Positions 1-8,527 of a DNA stretch of 32,000 nt are shown piece after piece. The position numbers and the translations under genes were made by a program. Position 1 is the first letter of the stretch. Each line of letters begins with the position of its first letter. The DNA is taken from assembly GCA_048886185.1 (NCBI GenBank), contig JBHLKY010000008.1, positions 153,047 through 185,046 on the forward strand, in the 5' to 3' direction. This DNA comes from Candidatus Hermodarchaeota archaeon. Lineage in GTDB: Archaea > Asgardarchaeota > Heimdallarchaeia > Hodarchaeales > Hodarchaeaceae. The notes below the pieces were generated by a model. It searched no databases. It had not been told where the DNA came from and saw only the letters and a program-made list of their open reading frames with translations.

Positions 1-366
1 ATTCAAGAACTTCATAATGACTTGACATTTTTCTTTGGCATTTTCTTGACCAACTATATCAAAAAAATGCAATTCTTCTTGTATCTGTGTAATGGGAGGT
101 TCAGGAGAATCTTCCGAAAATAAGATAATTTGCGTCCTCTTAGATATTTGCGACTCACTGGGTTCTACATGAATAGCACGGAACGCATAATCAGGGTATA
201 AGAGCGAATCAAATAAAAAATCCCCTTCCTTAACAATCAATCCTATCCACTGGCTACGCGCATATTGTTGAAACAAAGTTGGATCATCAGTAGTTAAAAA
301 TGGTGAAATATCTTCACTCCTAGCGCGTAGAGGATAACCTACCGGGAGGAGAGTCAATGATTTCAT
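1..366 (-). CDS. Archaeal AAA+ ATPase (COG1223-like), N-terminal part; truncated by the window edge
   Basis: Not in the ORF track; translated by hand from ATG 366: MKSLTLLPVGYPL...TDDPTLFQQYARSQWIGLIVKEGDFLFDSLLYPDYAFRAI...FFDIVGQENAKEKCQVIMKFLN. The PVGYP, FQxYARxQW and DIVGQExAKxKC motifs fit this family. An alternative TTG start lies at 426. Walker A is outside the window. Confidence 0.8.
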   Translation of the reverse strand, partial: MKSLTLLPVGYPLRARSEDISPFLTTDDPTLFQQYARSQWIGLIVKEGDFLFDSLLYPDYAFRAIHVEPSESQISKRTQIILFSEDSPEPPITQIQEELHFFDIVGQENAKEKCQVIMKFLN

Positions 367-662
367 TTTTCTTGAGCGTTTAAGTGATGGATCCCTTTTT
401 GGCAGTATTTTGGATTGATGTTCCAAGAGATTTAATCATCTCCACTTTTTCATGCTTTATTCCTCCCTTCAATAATTACTTTCAAATCCTTTTTCAAACG
501 ACGAAGTTATTAATACATGTGCTTAGTTGTGGAACAACTTTTTATTTCTAGATTTAGTGGTGTATTCAGCCTAAATTCAAGTCACAATCAAACAACCAAA
601 TTAATATTATTTGATACTCTCAAAATAAATCCATCTTTCGTCACACTAAGGCATTAAGACCA

Positions 663-668
663 TTTAAA
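663..668 (+). promoter_or_regulatory. Possible TATA box for tRNA-Pro
   Basis: TTTAAA about 20 nt upstream of tRNA G1; the AT-rich background makes this weak. Confidence 0.3.
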
Positions 669-684
669 ATCAAATCAAGAAATC

Positions 685-758
685 GGGTTCGTGGTCTAGT
701 TTGGTAGGATCTGCGCCTGGGGCGCGCAAGATCGGGGGTTCAAATCCCTCCGAACCCA
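685..758 (+). tRNA. trnP: tRNA-Pro(GGG)
   Basis: Acceptor stem GGGTTCG/CGAACCC, anticodon arm TGCGC-CTGGGGC-GCGCA (GGG at 719-721), T arm GGGGG-TTCAAAT-CCCTC; no encoded CCA. Confidence 0.97.
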
Positions 759-969
759 TCTTACTCTTTTTCATCTACTTGAAAAATAGTGATTGAATTC
801 TCTCAAGGAACATTGTTCTAGATATTCAGCTCATACCTATTAATGAATTATTCTTTTTGACTTTCTATGAAAAATATCCCTTTCATTTCATCATATTATG
901 AGAATGACATTAGTTCATTTATTTTTTTTGTCGGATAAATTATTAAGACAAAGAAGGAAGCTATTTTTT

Positions 970-2241
970 ATGGAATCGATTTTAAAAGATGCTTTGAACG
1001 GATCTGGTTCGTTTAAAAATCTAGGTGAACCTAAAAAAGAACCTATTTCTTTATACCCACCCCCTAGAAACCTAGAAAGTGAAATAGCAGATATACTCAC
1101 AGAAAGGTTACCTCGGGTTCAAGTTATCGGCGTAGGTGGAGCAGGGAATAATGCTGTGTATCGTTTAATGAGTGCGGGAGTGGATGCGGAATGTGTGGCA
1201 GTAAACACGGATGCTCAGCACTTATTATCGACCAGGGCTCATAAAAAAGTACTAATAGGTAAAGATACCTCCCGTGGTTTTGGAGCAGGAAATAATCCTG
1301 AAGTTGGCGAGACGGCTGCACGAGAATCATTGGATGACATTAAAGACATGATAAATCAGGCAAACATGGTTTTTGTCACTTGTGGTCTCGGGGGTGGAAC
1401 TGGTACTGGAGCTGCTCATGTTATTGCCAAGCAAGCAAAAGAAAAAGGAGCTCTCACTGTATCAATTTGCACTTTACCGTTTCAAATGGAAGGAGTAAAA
1501 CGATACGAAAATGCTAGAATGGGGCTGAAAAAACTTTACGAAGCATCGGACACAGTTATAGTCGTACCTAATGAAAAGCTCCTTCAAATCTCCGATGATA
1601 TAACTATGATGGCTGCATTCAGAATTGCTGATGAAGTCCTCCTCCGTGCTGTTAAAGCGATTACAGAATTGATTACGAAACCACAGTTAATTAACCTTGA
1701 CTTCGCTGATGTTCGTAAAATTTTAACTGAGGGTGGAATGGCTATGATCGGTCTAGGAGAGTCTGATCATCAGCACTTGAAAGTTGATGAAGCTGTCTTT
1801 GAATCGCTAAAAAATCCACTACTAGATGATTTAGATATTAGTAGTGCAAAAAAGGGATTAATATGTGTTTCAGGAGGAGAAGGACTTGCTCTGAAAGATG
1901 CTGAAGAAGCAGTTATGAAGATTGCATCAGAAATTGACAATTCAGCCGAAATAATCTGGGGAGCTACTATAGATCCTGATTTGGGGAGCAAGATTAGGAT
2001 AATCGTAGTACTGAGTGATGTCCATTCCCCTTTAACTGAAAACGAAGGTTTATACTATTCTAAAAGTGATTTAGAGTCATTATTATCTGATCTTGATTCT
2101 CCTTTCTCTATAATATCGACTCAAAAAATAGAAGAAAACCAAACAAAAAGGGGATTCCCTTCAGCTCGGTTCACGATCGAAGATGGAACGTCCTCCATTG
2201 ATACAAAAAAGAATAGAAAGAAATTTTTGGGTATTTTTTAA
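970..2241 (+). CDS. ftsZ: Cell division GTPase FtsZ
   Basis: Motifs VIGVGGAGNN, GAGNNPEVG, GLGGGTGTG (tubulin signature) and T7 loop INLDFAD. ATG 970 is preferred to the ORF-track ATG 898 because the extra N-terminus lies in AT-rich, UTR-like sequence. Confidence 0.96.
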   Translation: MESILKDALNGSGSFKNLGEPKKEPISLYPPPRNLESEIADILTERLPRVQVIGVGGAGNNAVYRLMSAGVDAECVAVNTDAQHLLSTRAHKKVLIGKDTSRGFGAGNNPEVGETAARESLDDIKDMINQANMVFVTCGLGGGTGTGAAHVIAKQAKEKGALTVSICTLPFQMEGVKRYENARMGLKKLYEASDTVIVVPNEKLLQISDDITMMAAFRIADEVLLRAVKAITELITKPQLINLDFADVRKILTEGGMAMIGLGESDHQHLKVDEAVFESLKNPLLDDLDISSAKKGLICVSGGEGLALKDAEEAVMKIASEIDNSAEIIWGATIDPDLGSKIRIIVVLSDVHSPLTENEGLYYSKSDLESLLSDLDSPFSIISTQKIEENQTKRGFPSARFTIEDGTSSIDTKKNRKKFLGIF

Positions 2242-2283
2242 ATTTCTAGCTCTTTCTTCCTTTTTTTTACATAAAACTATAAA

Positions 2284-2940
2284 TTATTTTCTTTCTAGTC
2301 CAATTCTCCTCGCTAGAACATCCATCCCTACCCCTGTTTTCGCACTAGTGGGAATGATTTCTAGCTGAGGGTACATGCTTTGAGCATCAGAAATAATCGT
2401 AACAACTTCAATTTCCATTGCTGGGGCTAGATCCACCTTATTCAAAACAGCCAAATTACTTGTTTTGAAGGTAACTGGATGTTTTTGGAATACATAAGGC
2501 CCTTCTGTTACACTAGTCACTGTAATTTTCTTATCCGCCCCTACATCTGTTATTGATGGACAAATTAAGTTTCCAACGTTTTCAACAAAAATAAAGTCGT
2601 AGTGAGTAAGATCGATTTCCTTTAATGCTTGCTCAATCTGAAATGCTAACAGATGGCATCCTCTTCCAGTATTAATTTGTAGACATGTACTTCCAAATCT
2701 ACTAATTCGTTGAGCATCAATATCTGTTGCTAAATCACCATTGATTATGAGTAATCTACAGCTAGGCTGATATTTTTTAGCAAAAAATTCAAGAATGGAG
2801 GTTTTTCCTGATCCAACACTACCCATAATGTCAATCATAGGAATATCATGTTCTCGTCGTTTGTTTCGGACACGATCTGCAATTAAGTTATTAGCTTCTT
2901 GGATTTTCTTGTCAACGGTTATTTTTCGTACATCAGGCAA
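2284..2940 (-). CDS. hypB: Hydrogenase nickel-incorporation GTPase HypB
   Basis: P-loop GSVGSGKT, INTGRGCHL (Ni site), ENVGNLICP, NKVDL, SAKTG; TTG start. Confidence 0.95.
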   Translation of the reverse strand: MPDVRKITVDKKIQEANNLIADRVRNKRREHDIPMIDIMGSVGSGKTSILEFFAKKYQPSCRLLIINGDLATDIDAQRISRFGSTCLQINTGRGCHLLAFQIEQALKEIDLTHYDFIFVENVGNLICPSITDVGADKKITVTSVTEGPYVFQKHPVTFKTSNLAVLNKVDLAPAMEIEVVTIISDAQSMYPQLEIIPTSAKTGVGMDVLARRIGLERK

Positions 2941-3010
2941 GAATACAACCTCAAGGAAGTTATAACAAAGATTTTTTTAATCTCTTCTGATGGATGGATT
3001 TGGACTTAAA

Positions 3011-3379
3011 ATGCATGAATTCTCCCTCGCACAATCAGTGCTTGAGACCGTGTTGGCTATTGCAGAAGAACGCCAAGTTAAAAGAATTAAAAAGATAATC
3101 TTAAAATTTGGAACATTTGCTTTGGTTCAAGAGGATCAATTCCGTTTTTGTTTTAATTTAATTAAAGCTGACTCAGAATTGGTAGCAACATCAGAATTAG
3201 AAGTCATTTGGACCCCTGGAGAACTTCATTGTGATAGATGTGGCTTTGAAGGAAAGATAAAGGACTCTCCTCAAGAACATTATAACCTGGGTTCACTATT
3301 TCAATGTCCTGTTTGCAATAGTTATTCTACGAATATTATCTCTGGAACTGAGACGATTATTGATTCTATCCTTGTTTAA
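3011..3379 (+). CDS. hypA: Hydrogenase nickel metallochaperone HypA
   Basis: N-terminal MHEFSL (Ni-binding MHE, which fixes the start at ATG 3011) and two CxxC motifs (CDRC, CPVC). Confidence 0.95.
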   Translation: MHEFSLAQSVLETVLAIAEERQVKRIKKIILKFGTFALVQEDQFRFCFNLIKADSELVATSELEVIWTPGELHCDRCGFEGKIKDSPQEHYNLGSLFQCPVCNSYSTNIISGTETIIDSILV

Positions 3380-3474
3380 TTCAATTAATTACTTCCATTT
3401 TAAGGAGAATAATCTTCTTTCTTTTGATTAATATACATTTAATCCTAATATTCTTCAATGTTCTAAATGAAGAC

Positions 3475-4008
3475 TTATTTAACTAAACAATCTATTCGAT
3501 TATTTCTAGGATTTAAAACGCAGTGAAAACTTGATTGCTTCTGGAGTGGAATAATTAAAATATCATCTTCTTTCCAATTTACTTGAATAAGTTGGCCAGA
3601 AAACCCATTTTCATGAATTGCTGGCTCCCCTTGCATTACTACCACAGAGTCATCCTCTCCACTCACAAAAATAACATTATTACGTCTTTGAAGGTCAACC
3701 ACGACTCCATCGAGCGGATGGATCTCTTCTCGGATTTCAAACCCAGATGGTATCCATTTTATTCTTGTTCGAATTCCCATACCAACTACTTGTTGGAAAG
3801 CAATAATACGGACTCCTGAAACAATAAATCCAACCTTAGCTGTGGATTTATTTTGATTCAAGCCCTTAAGGCCAGACACTTGGAATCCCGAGGTTCCCCT
3901 AGTGTCATCTGTGATTCTTACACATGATATTTGCTGAACAATAATACTTTTTGGTGACACACGGTTTTCCTCTTTAATATTTTGATTTGAAAATACTTTG
4001 AGGAACAA
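3475..4008 (-). CDS. Hypothetical beta-rich protein
   Basis: 177-codon ORF filling the gap between hypA and the deacetylase; no motif recognised; start uncertain (TTG 4008 or a downstream GTG). Confidence 0.55.
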   Translation of the reverse strand: MFLKVFSNQNIKEENRVSPKSIIVQQISCVRITDDTRGTSGFQVSGLKGLNQNKSTAKVGFIVSGVRIIAFQQVVGMGIRTRIKWIPSGFEIREEIHPLDGVVVDLQRRNNVIFVSGEDDSVVVMQGEPAIHENGFSGQLIQVNWKEDDILIIPLQKQSSFHCVLNPRNNRIDCLVK

Positions 4009-4281
4009 TCAAAATGTGATCGTATTAGTCTTTTCTTTGTTGGCCCTGAGACTTAGTATTTTCAAAGCAGAATACTGGCCCTATTCTACTTCGAATAGGC
4101 AAATTAATCAGTCTTTTGGATAAAACTCATGTGTATAACATAAAGTACTTCTATACGATCATTATTCTCTGAATAATTGAGAAATATTGTTAATCAATAA
4201 AAAAGATCTCCTTTTAATCATTAAATCAAAAGTTTTACATACGACCGTAGACAAGTCTATATTCAGTCAGGAAGAAATAGC

Positions 4282-5325
4282 GTGGTAAGGATCAAATTTA
4301 TTTCAAATTCGCTTGCAAAAAAACATTCTTGTGGAATGTTTCATCCTGAATCAGCACAAAGAATTGATGTTATGGAAGAATGGATACTTTCCCACTTAAG
4401 TGATCTCATAAGTTATGAAATCTCAGACCAATCTGCATCTAGAGAAGATATTCTTGTGACTCACACACCTGATCTTTATGAACTCATTGAAAAGTCCCAA
4501 GATCAATCTGGTCACTTCTATTTTGATGCAGATACTGCTGCTAATAAATATACTTTTAAGGCAGCACGAGAAGCGGTAGAAGTTGGGAGAAAAGCACTTT
4601 GGGGGAGCGATCGAAATGTTTCAATCTTTGCTCTGGTAAGGCCACCTGGCCATCATGCGACTCGCTCCTCTCCTGGGGGGTTCTGTATTTTTAACAACAT
4701 TGCAATTGCCTCGGAATTAGCACTTCAACAAAAAAAGTATCAACGGGTTGCAATATTGGATTTTGATCATCATTTCGGTAATGGTACTGCTTATACCCTC
4801 GAGGAAAACCCAGAAATACTATATGTCAGTACACACGCTTCCCCAAGACTCTCGTACCCAGGATGTGGTTTTGTTGAAGAAATAGGCCGAAGAGATGGAA
4901 TAGGATATAATATTCCTATTCCTTTGGATTTCAGAGCATCTGAAGCAGATCTTAGGATAGCTTTCGATCAAATTATTATGCCCATTATTTTTCAGTTTAA
5001 ACCAGAGTTCCTAGCTATTTCTGCTGGCTTCGACGCTTATGAAAGGGATCCAATTGGTATATTAGGAGTTACAATTGAAGGATTTTCTGTGATCGGATCA
5101 CTTATAAATCAGATTTCATCTGAACTTGATATTCCCTTTGCAAATTATCTGGAAGGAGGATATAATATTCAGATGCTCCCAAAAATGCTTTCCTCTTATA
5201 TAAATCCCTTTATTCATCCTGATCAAGACTATTCGAATCTATCCAGTCAATTAACTCCAAACATTCAAACACAACTTACTCTAGATCAGTCTAAAAAAAT
5301 TCTAAAGAATTATTGGGAATTATGA
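4282..5325 (+). CDS. Zn-dependent deacetylase, HDAC/AcuC/APAH family
   Basis: HPESAQR, RPPGHHA (His dyad), GFCIFNN, DFDHHFGNGT (Zn ligands D, H), SAGFD, EGGY (catalytic Tyr). Confidence 0.93.
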   Translation: MVRIKFISNSLAKKHSCGMFHPESAQRIDVMEEWILSHLSDLISYEISDQSASREDILVTHTPDLYELIEKSQDQSGHFYFDADTAANKYTFKAAREAVEVGRKALWGSDRNVSIFALVRPPGHHATRSSPGGFCIFNNIAIASELALQQKKYQRVAILDFDHHFGNGTAYTLEENPEILYVSTHASPRLSYPGCGFVEEIGRRDGIGYNIPIPLDFRASEADLRIAFDQIIMPIIFQFKPEFLAISAGFDAYERDPIGILGVTIEGFSVIGSLINQISSELDIPFANYLEGGYNIQMLPKMLSSYINPFIHPDQDYSNLSSQLTPNIQTQLTLDQSKKILKNYWEL

Positions 5326-5380
5326 TTCTCTTCTCACACATTAATGCGAAACTAGATTAGAGGAAGTTCTGGATAGCGTG

Positions 5381-6481
5381 TCAGTCCCAATGGAGAGCAT
5401 ATCTCAAAAGTCCAACAATTCCTCCAAATGTCTTCATACGGTTGGCATTTTCACTTTGAGACGAGACAAGGAAAATCCTACCACGGGTTTTTTCTACCTC
5501 ACGAAGTACTTGTTGTACTTCATCTGGACTGATCCCATCGCTCCCTCTTAAAAGAGAGTCCAGAGAGATTAATGTCTCTATAGCTCCCGTGCTAGCGATT
5601 TTTTTAATTTCAGTAAATCCATATGCCACATTTGCGCTTCCTTGATTCATTCTCTTGAAAAATTCATCCATCAAATTGTTTTCTTCAAAAACTTGGAAAT
5701 CTATTGCAAGTTTATCTACAGCCTCCATTTGTAAGAGCTCTGATAATCCAACACGGTTTCCACCACTTAAAGAACCAGCAACAATTACAATTAGATTCTC
5801 TTTAGAAAATTTTATCCTTAAAAATGTGGCTAATTGTTCTTTAACAAAACCAGGACCACCTAATACGATATTCTTAGTTTCAGGTAAGATTTGTCGGTTA
5901 ATGATCAGAGCAATTCGCTCAAAGAAAGATTGAGTCTGCTTTGAACGAATTTTTTCTTTTGTAAGTTTTCGTGAAATATGAGATTTTTCATGAGCTATTA
6001 CAGTAAGATTATAGTTATCAAGAAGGCCAATACACACTTCTGCTTTATCAGCAGCAATAAGACATATTTTAGGTTTCTTACTTGCTTCTTCAGCCTTTTT
6101 CAGTAATTCAAGATAATATTTTGACCATTCAGGTTTAATTATAGTTATTACTTTTGTTAATTCCAAATTGAGGGTGTGGTAAGAGCCTATTGATACATAT
6201 TGTTCAGGACCTTGGAAAATTTTCCCCTTAACGCGAAGCCGATTGCTTATTGAACTATCTTGAAAGGCGAAATCTTCTGCTTCAATTCCTATAACCATTG
6301 TGATACGTTGACTATCGTCACCAGATCGTCCCTCGCTTCCTGAGCGTCTAACTCTTCTACTAGATTTAGATATAACGCGATCTCCAATACTTATAATATT
6401 TGAAAGGACATAAAGATCAGTTGCATTTTCAGGTCGTACAACAACCTTTCCATTCTTCATGTCTATCTTCAGAATACGCAT
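5381..6481 (-). CDS. pelA: Ribosome rescue factor Pelota/Dom34
   Basis: eRF1-like fold motifs: PENATDLYVL, RLRVKG, GSYHTL, GGPGFVK, AYG and GGIVGLLRY. Confidence 0.93.
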   Translation of the reverse strand: MRILKIDMKNGKVVVRPENATDLYVLSNIISIGDRVISKSSRRVRRSGSEGRSGDDSQRITMVIGIEAEDFAFQDSSISNRLRVKGKIFQGPEQYVSIGSYHTLNLELTKVITIIKPEWSKYYLELLKKAEEASKKPKICLIAADKAEVCIGLLDNYNLTVIAHEKSHISRKLTKEKIRSKQTQSFFERIALIINRQILPETKNIVLGGPGFVKEQLATFLRIKFSKENLIVIVAGSLSGGNRVGLSELLQMEAVDKLAIDFQVFEENNLMDEFFKRMNQGSANVAYGFTEIKKIASTGAIETLISLDSLLRGSDGISPDEVQQVLREVEKTRGRIFLVSSQSENANRMKTFGGIVGLLRYALHWD

Positions 6482-6527
6482 AAATACTCACTTGATTTCT
6501 TTTATGAGCTCAGGGGATGATTACATG

Positions 6528-6884
6528 TCAAAATAATTTCAAGGTTGAAGTGATTTCTTCAACGTTTCGTTGAGCATGAGGCCCAATGCCAAGTGCCGTT
6601 GTTGTATTTGGAGGAAGTTGAGTTCTTCCAGCATCATCAATTTTTACAACAATGACTCCAGTAGCTCGAAGCCTTTGTTCCAGTTTGAGTAATTCATCTT
6701 CAGATTCAACTGCCAGTACAATTTTTTTTTGACCAGTGTTCCACCATAATGCAAATTCATTCGGTTTTTCCCGCTTAGATTTGATGGCAGCTGCAACTGC
6801 AGCATGGGATGCTTGAGCTGCAGCTTTACCCTTGGACATATTCAAATCTTTTCGGAGAATAATGACTTGCTTTAATTCTAGCAA
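6528..6884 (-). CDS. pth2: Peptidyl-tRNA hydrolase, Pth2 type
   Basis: KQVIILRKDLNMSKGKAAAQASHA, GQKKIVL, DAGRTQ, TALGIGP. Confidence 0.96.
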   Translation of the reverse strand: MLELKQVIILRKDLNMSKGKAAAQASHAAVAAAIKSKREKPNEFALWWNTGQKKIVLAVESEDELLKLEQRLRATGVIVVKIDDAGRTQLPPNTTTALGIGPHAQRNVEEITSTLKLF

Positions 6885-6976
6885 TCACTAATCACACCTT
6901 TAAATCGACTTGTGAGAGGGGCTGTTATTAATCACAAGTAATGAAACTAGTCCTTCTTTCAATTCCCTTGTGATAT

Positions 6977-7072
6977 TAATCCTCAGAGAGGTACATGAAC
7001 ATCATTAACGAACTCAAATGGTGTCCTGTTTAGAATTCGTATTCAGTTTAGGTCAGTATCATCACGGGTCTA
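6977..7072 (-). ncRNA. Box C/D methylation-guide sRNA candidate 1
   Basis: On the minus strand: box C GUGAUGA (7065-7059), 12-nt guide, box D' CUGA (7046-7043), hairpin ACGAAUUC/GAGUUCGU, box C' AUGAUGU (7005-6999), 12-nt guide, box D CUGA (6986-6983); imperfect terminal stem UAGACC/GGAUUA. Confidence 0.8.
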
Positions 7073-7142
7073 TGGTTTTCCTCACATCTTTTTGCGAATG
7101 CTTTCAAGGTTTCGCCATATAAGTAAAATAAAAAAGTGGATT

Positions 7143-7661
7143 TTACATTACTAGCTCTTGGCCTTTCGTGATTTTGATCCGACAGGGAGTTGGAAATTTA
7201 GCTTTTCCGCGACGTAAGGCATCTTTGGCTAAAGCTAAGTTTTCCGGGTATGTTCGTATAAAAAGAACACGATCTCCTTCAAAAACTCGCGCAGCAACGC
7301 TAATAATCTTTCCAAAAGCCTTTCGCATCCCATCTTGCAGCCGATCTGCCCCAGCTCCAGTCATCATTTTATTCTCACGTAATCTATGATGGGGATAGAC
7401 ACAAACACGGTAGTGATAGTTATCCCTTCCAAGTTTTCGCGTTAAAAAACGATTAACATGAATACGAGCTGCTTCAAGGGCATTATGTGAAATCTGACAT
7501 CGTTCATCAGTGATCAATGAGACTTCTAGCGGGAACTCTTTTTCTGGTGATCCGAAATCAAAAGACCTTATTTTAGGCTCAGGACCACCTTTAATATATT
7601 TCTTCCGTGTGTAGGGTGGTCTATCAACACGAGAATAGCAATATGCTGGCCTTTTTCCCAT
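7143..7661 (-). CDS. rpl10e: 50S ribosomal protein L10e (uL16)
   Basis: MGKRPAYCY, ALEAARI, RENKMMTGAGADRLQDGMRKAFGK, KFPTPCRI. Confidence 0.98.
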   Translation of the reverse strand: MGKRPAYCYSRVDRPPYTRKKYIKGGPEPKIRSFDFGSPEKEFPLEVSLITDERCQISHNALEAARIHVNRFLTRKLGRDNYHYRVCVYPHHRLRENKMMTGAGADRLQDGMRKAFGKIISVAARVFEGDRVLFIRTYPENLALAKDALRRGKAKFPTPCRIKITKGQELVM

Positions 7662-7934
7662 ATAATTTCAACTCAATTGTCCTTTCTCGATCTTTCAACC
7701 GAATTCAGTAGAGTATTCGATAAAAGAGTCCGATTTTTTCTGATTCAAGCTTCTTTTTGATCAGCATTTTAAATTTATGTAGCTATTTCAAAAACTAATC
7801 ATCTCTAGAGAATTTGACAATATCTTAACCTATCAATATGGAGTGATTCCTATAGAATTATCAAGTTTAAAACTCGATTTTAAAAGAAAAATTAATCTGT
7901 ATAATTAAATAACATTTTGTTAGGGGTAGAACCA

Positions 7935-8153
7935 ATGGTTGAGATTCCAGCTTCATCAATTGATCGAATTATTCGAAAAGGAGGGGCAACAAGAGTTTCA
8001 AAATCTGCAATATTAGCATTACAAAAGGAGCTTGAGGAGTATGGAGTTTTAATTGCAAAACTGGCATGGGATTTCGCTAATTATGCTGGTAAAAAAACAG
8101 TAGAAGGGAAAGATATCTATTTAGCCTTACGAAAGAAAAACATGATGATTTAG
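7935..8153 (+). CDS. Archaeal histone (HMf family), tailless
   Basis: From ATG 7935: MVEIPASSIDRIIRKGGATRVS...AGKKTVEGKDIYLA, which aligns without gaps to the HMfA/B histone fold. Confidence 0.88.
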   Translation: MVEIPASSIDRIIRKGGATRVSKSAILALQKELEEYGVLIAKLAWDFANYAGKKTVEGKDIYLALRKKNMMI

Positions 8154-8527
8154 AATTGTAGTAAATTTTTTCCATCTACCCATAATTTAAAATTCTTGGA
8201 ATTCCTACGTTATCCCAGCAAGCAAAAAGAACTAACCCTTGTCCTGCGGGTTCATTCACTATGAGGTATGTATTTAAGGGGCCCCTAAGGCCCAATAATG
8301 AATATTAATAGATTATATAACGATTCAAGCGAATTTCACTGCTTGTAAGTGATTTCAATTCATGAGGTTTGGCCAATCATAATAATTCAGATAGAGGCCT
8401 TATTAAAAAAAATTAAACACCAATCACGCAAGTGGAACCGCATATTCATCATTATTATCCTGATTCAATCTAATTTCGTAAAGTTGTAACGTATTATGAT
8501 TATACATCTTGTTCATTATAATGAAAT

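Noticed and set aside
898-969. ORF-track N-terminal extension of FtsZ
   Set aside because: Phe/Leu/Lys-rich translation of AT-rich upstream DNA; ATG 970 is more plausible.
4009-4011. In-frame TGA immediately before the 177-aa ORF (possible selenocysteine readthrough)
   Set aside because: The upstream frame closes at a TAG within about 25 codons, lacks a redox-type context, and no SECIS-like hairpin was identified.
6907-6940. Inverted repeat ACTTGTGA/TCACAAGT upstream of pth2
   Set aside because: An 8-bp stem with a large loop; it could be a processing signal next to sRNA candidate 1, but nothing supports a specific role.
8270-8455. Scattered C/D-like words (AUGAUGA at 8452-8446, CUGA, AUGAUU) and the palindrome AGGGGCCCCT between the histone gene and dnaG
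   Set aside because: The boxes are not in a coherent order or spacing and lack closing stems; a single 10-bp palindrome is too little to call an operator.
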